Origin: Callorhinchus milii
Lineage: Eukaryota
Assembly (NCBI RefSeq): GCF_018977255.1
Contig: NW_024704742.1
Span: forward strand, 114,640,001 to 114,704,000
Direction of reading: 5' to 3'
DNA: 64,000 nucleotides
The notes below the pieces were generated by a model, which saw only the letters and a program-made list of their open reading frames with translations, did no database searches and was not told the origin of the DNA. The translations under genes were made by a program, and so were the position numbers. Positions 60,837 through 64,000 of the stretch are shown here, piece after piece (the stretch's first letter is position 1; each line of letters begins with the position of its first letter).

Positions 60837-61794
60837 CAAGGCTCTGTCCTCGGTCCCCTCCTCTTCACCCTCTATATGCTCCCCCTTGGTGACATCATCC
60901 GCAGACATGGGGTTAACTTCCACATGTATGCGGATGACACCCAACTCTACCTTTCCTCCTCTACCCTCACCTCCACGACCACCGACAGCATCAGCATCCA
61001 AAGCTGCACTCTCCACCTCTCAAAGCCAGTCAGGAACCTCGGGGTTCTGTTCGACCCTGAGCTGTCCTTTCTCCCTCATATCCGCGCCACAACTGGCACC
61101 GCCTTCCATCACCTCCGGAATGTCGCCAGACTACGGCATTACCTCACCCCTCACGCTGCTGAAACTCTGGTCCACGCCTTTATCACCTCAAGGCTGGACT
61201 ATGGGAACTCTCTCCTCGTCGGCCTTCCCGGCACCTCCCTCCACAAGCTGCAGGTCATTCAGAACTCTGCAGCTCGTGTACTGTCCCGCACCAGGCTTCG
61301 GGACCACATCACTCCCACCCTCGCTCGCCTCCACTGGCTCCCCATCCCCCAGAGGATCGATCCTCATCCTCACCTACAAGGCCATTCACGGCCTTGCTCC
61401 CTCCTACCTCTCCGACCTACTATTCCCCTACCTACCCGCCCGTACCCTCCGTTCCTCTGGCTCCGGTCTGCTCCACATCCCCCGTCCCAACCGCCCTACC
61501 ATCGGTGGCCGGGCCTTCAGCCTCTCAGCCCCGAGGCTCTGGAACTCTATCCCCCAGTGCCTTCGCCTTGCCTCCTCCCTTTCCTCCTTCAAGGCCGGTC
61601 TCAAGACCTTTCTCTTTGACCGAGCCTTCAGCTCCCCTCTCGACTCTCTAACCCCTCCTCGCTCCCTCCCTTCCCTCCCCTCACCCTGACCATTTCCCCC
61701 CTGCTCGGGTCCTGACCCAACTGTACAGCGCCTTGGGACGCCTTCCGGCGTGAACGGCGCTCTAAAAATGGAATCTTGTTGTTGTTGTTGTTGT
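60837..61794 (+). mobile_element. L2-clade LINE, 5'-truncated young copy with internal deletions
   Basis: RT motifs QGSVLGP and [11 protein letters not shown]; (TTG)n tail. Confidence 0.92.
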
Positions 61795-61990
61795 AGATAC
61801 TTGTGCTAACGGGTGGAAATTCCACCAGGATCTATATTTATTCTATTAATGTAACGTTTCAGAGTGTGCAGCATTTGTCACAGAAAAACAATGCAGTCTT
61901 TAATTTTGAACCTAACTATAGGAAGCTGAATTCATAAGTTAAGACTGAACTCAACATCTGTCAAATTATTGATGCTCTGAAATGCTACAT

Positions 61991-62292
61991 TAATAATAAC
62001 GATCCTTGCATTTGATATAGTGTTTTTCACGTCTTCTAGACGTCTCAAAGCGCTTCACAGAATATACTGTAAGGTGAATTGACTGTATATTTGTGGGCGA
62101 AACGCGGCAGCCAATTGCGCACAGCAGTGTCCCACAAACAGTCCTGGATTGAAAATGACCAATTTTTTTTTGTTTGTTTTGGAGGGATTATTATCAGGTA
62201 TGTGGAGAGTAAGGAAATTTACCCAAGTGGGAATCGAACCCAGGTGTCTCGCTTGCAAGGCGAGTGCTATAATCACTGAGCTACAGGACTCC
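61991..62292 (-). mobile_element. tRNA-derived SINE (short variant) inserted in a MITE
   Basis: Reverse-complement full copy; MITE sequence resumes after it. Confidence 0.88.
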
Positions 62293-64000
62293 AATAGAGT
62301 AAATATAGACCTTGGTGCGATTTCTAACTATATATTGGAAAGAAAAATGCCATGTTACAAGAGCCTTTGAAACGTTGATTGAACTACAGGTTCACCAACA
62401 AATTCGCTGTTTCCTACAAATTCCCTGAATGATTCCACAGACAAAATTATTTTTCTTATGAGAACATTGTGCAGCAAATTCATTCCAATTATGCACCTCT
62501 CTGATAAACTAAATTAACATGCCATAGTTCTGTGACTATACTGTAGTTACATTAAAACAGCATAACTGATCCTCTAACTGTCGCAGGTTTTGCAAAAACT
62601 GATGTTTAGTAGAGCATTGGGGTAACTTTCTGACCTCGGAGCTGAAGCTGAGTCAACTATGTTGCTCATCCACTGTGAAAAGACACAGATTGTGTGCAGT
62701 GATAAAATAGTTTTAAAAGGACAGGATTGCAGGTGACTGGGCAGAGCAATCCTATTTCCACATATAGTACTGAAAGCATATGTTTAGCAAATCTGTCCTT
62801 GGATGAGAACAAGGTTAAGCAGCCAGAGATGAACAGTATAAGTCAGCGCGTAGTCAATGAATACTCTTTGGGTTGGACTTTTGGCTGCAGATCTAAATGC
62901 ATCACCAATCTAATTCTTGGTAGCGATGTGGAGAGTTACACTACATGTCTGCCCAGTCAGTGGTTGAGTGGCTCACAGTACTCTGAAAACCCCACCAGCT
63001 TACCTGTGGCTGTGGTGCTCAAGCATCATGCAGTCACTCACACTTGTGAGGTCAAAACAAGCTTGGGTACCAGTGATGCCTGGGTCTGTGTTGTTTTCAG
63101 GGATGTGTCGATTGTTTTAAACACCATTTAATGCTCAGCCCAGTGATGGAAACACTTTTTGAAAAGAAGCAATTTAGAATCCTAATATTTCCCACACATG
63201 TGGACAAGTGTACAAAAGCACAGGTTAAGAACCACAAATCATGTTAAGCCAATCACAGTTCCATGTGTATCCCACCCTTTTAAAACCTTTGGTTCCCCGA
63301 GGATCACCTATTGGTAAAGGTACATTCCACCGATGAGTTCCAGAGTGACCATGATCTATATATTTCCCAGCAAACAAGGTCATATTCTCGTGTATGTCCA
63401 CATTGAGTAGATAGAGCATATAGACCAGATATCAGCATATGCCTGATGCATAAACTTAATAAGGGTTAAACCACTGACTTCCTAATCTTAATGAGATGTG
63501 TTAGAGACCTAGGCTATCACCTTAATGACTTGCCTTCTATCTTTATAAATAGAAGAAAACATTAGTTTTTTTAAATAAGAAAATTGTTTCCTGGTTGTTT
63601 CCACTTTCTTTCCAGGTTTTGATTCAATATATTTTTTGCTTTAATAATATTATTATCTCAGACTATGTATTTAGAGGTTATTAAATTGCACAAACAAGCA
63701 CTACGCTACAGTTTAAGCAGTGACCTTGCCTCATGGCAGAACTTGTCTCATTTTTTAATGAATTGTCAATGTTCAGCTACAGCACAGGCTGACTGCATTA
63801 TTGCAATTTGATAACCTTGATATATTTTGGAAGAAATCAACCTTTTCACATTATCGTTTTTGTCCATCATCCCACCTTTCTTCATTTTTCAATCTTTATC
63901 AATAACAATTTAATGCAATTAAAACTGGTTTATGTTATTCACTTTTACAAATGACACACCACAGCTAGAAACATAAGATCATGTAATTATTTGTGACAAT

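Noticed and set aside
60876..61689. Long ORFs (247 and 267 aa) and similar ones at 757-1699, 33085-33775, 41389-42211 and 50233-51000
   Set aside because: Frameshifted, 5'-truncated L2 ORF2 pieces or their alternative frames; not host genes.
63225..63419. 64-aa minus-strand ORF in unique sequence
   Set aside because: No recognisable domain or convincing splice pair.

Overview
Eukaryotic, intron-rich vertebrate DNA. The repeat content (L2 and CR1 LINEs, a tRNA-headed SINE, Deu-domain-like SINEs) suggests a cartilaginous fish; this is an inference. Two genes lie tail-to-tail. (1) On the + strand, 26 exons (2207-42729) splice by hand, with consistent phases, into one open frame of about 1150 aa. 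It encodes a molybdo-flavoenzyme of the xanthine dehydrogenase/aldehyde oxidase family, and its N-terminal exons lie upstream of the window. Its motifs ([47 protein letters not shown]) resemble insect/plant-type aldehyde oxidases rather than vertebrate XDH/AOX1. It lacks the xanthine-specificity residues but keeps the catalytic Glu, and one intron is GC-AG. (2) On the - strand (47726-56718) is an intron-containing pseudogene of mitochondrial creatine kinase (ckmt2-like) with stops, frameshifts, deletions and loss of all five nucleotide-binding arginines. The introns also hold a decayed 28S rRNA fragment split by a SINE, nested retroposons with target-site duplications (TSDs), a MITE family and an unclassified old repeat. 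Most ORFs in the supplied track are LINE/SINE fragments or chance ORFs. I cannot demonstrate a wholly new system from sequence alone; the best candidate is the apparently intact, invertebrate-like molybdo-oxidase in a vertebrate. Exon coordinates were read from splice sites by hand; repeat boundaries are approximate.
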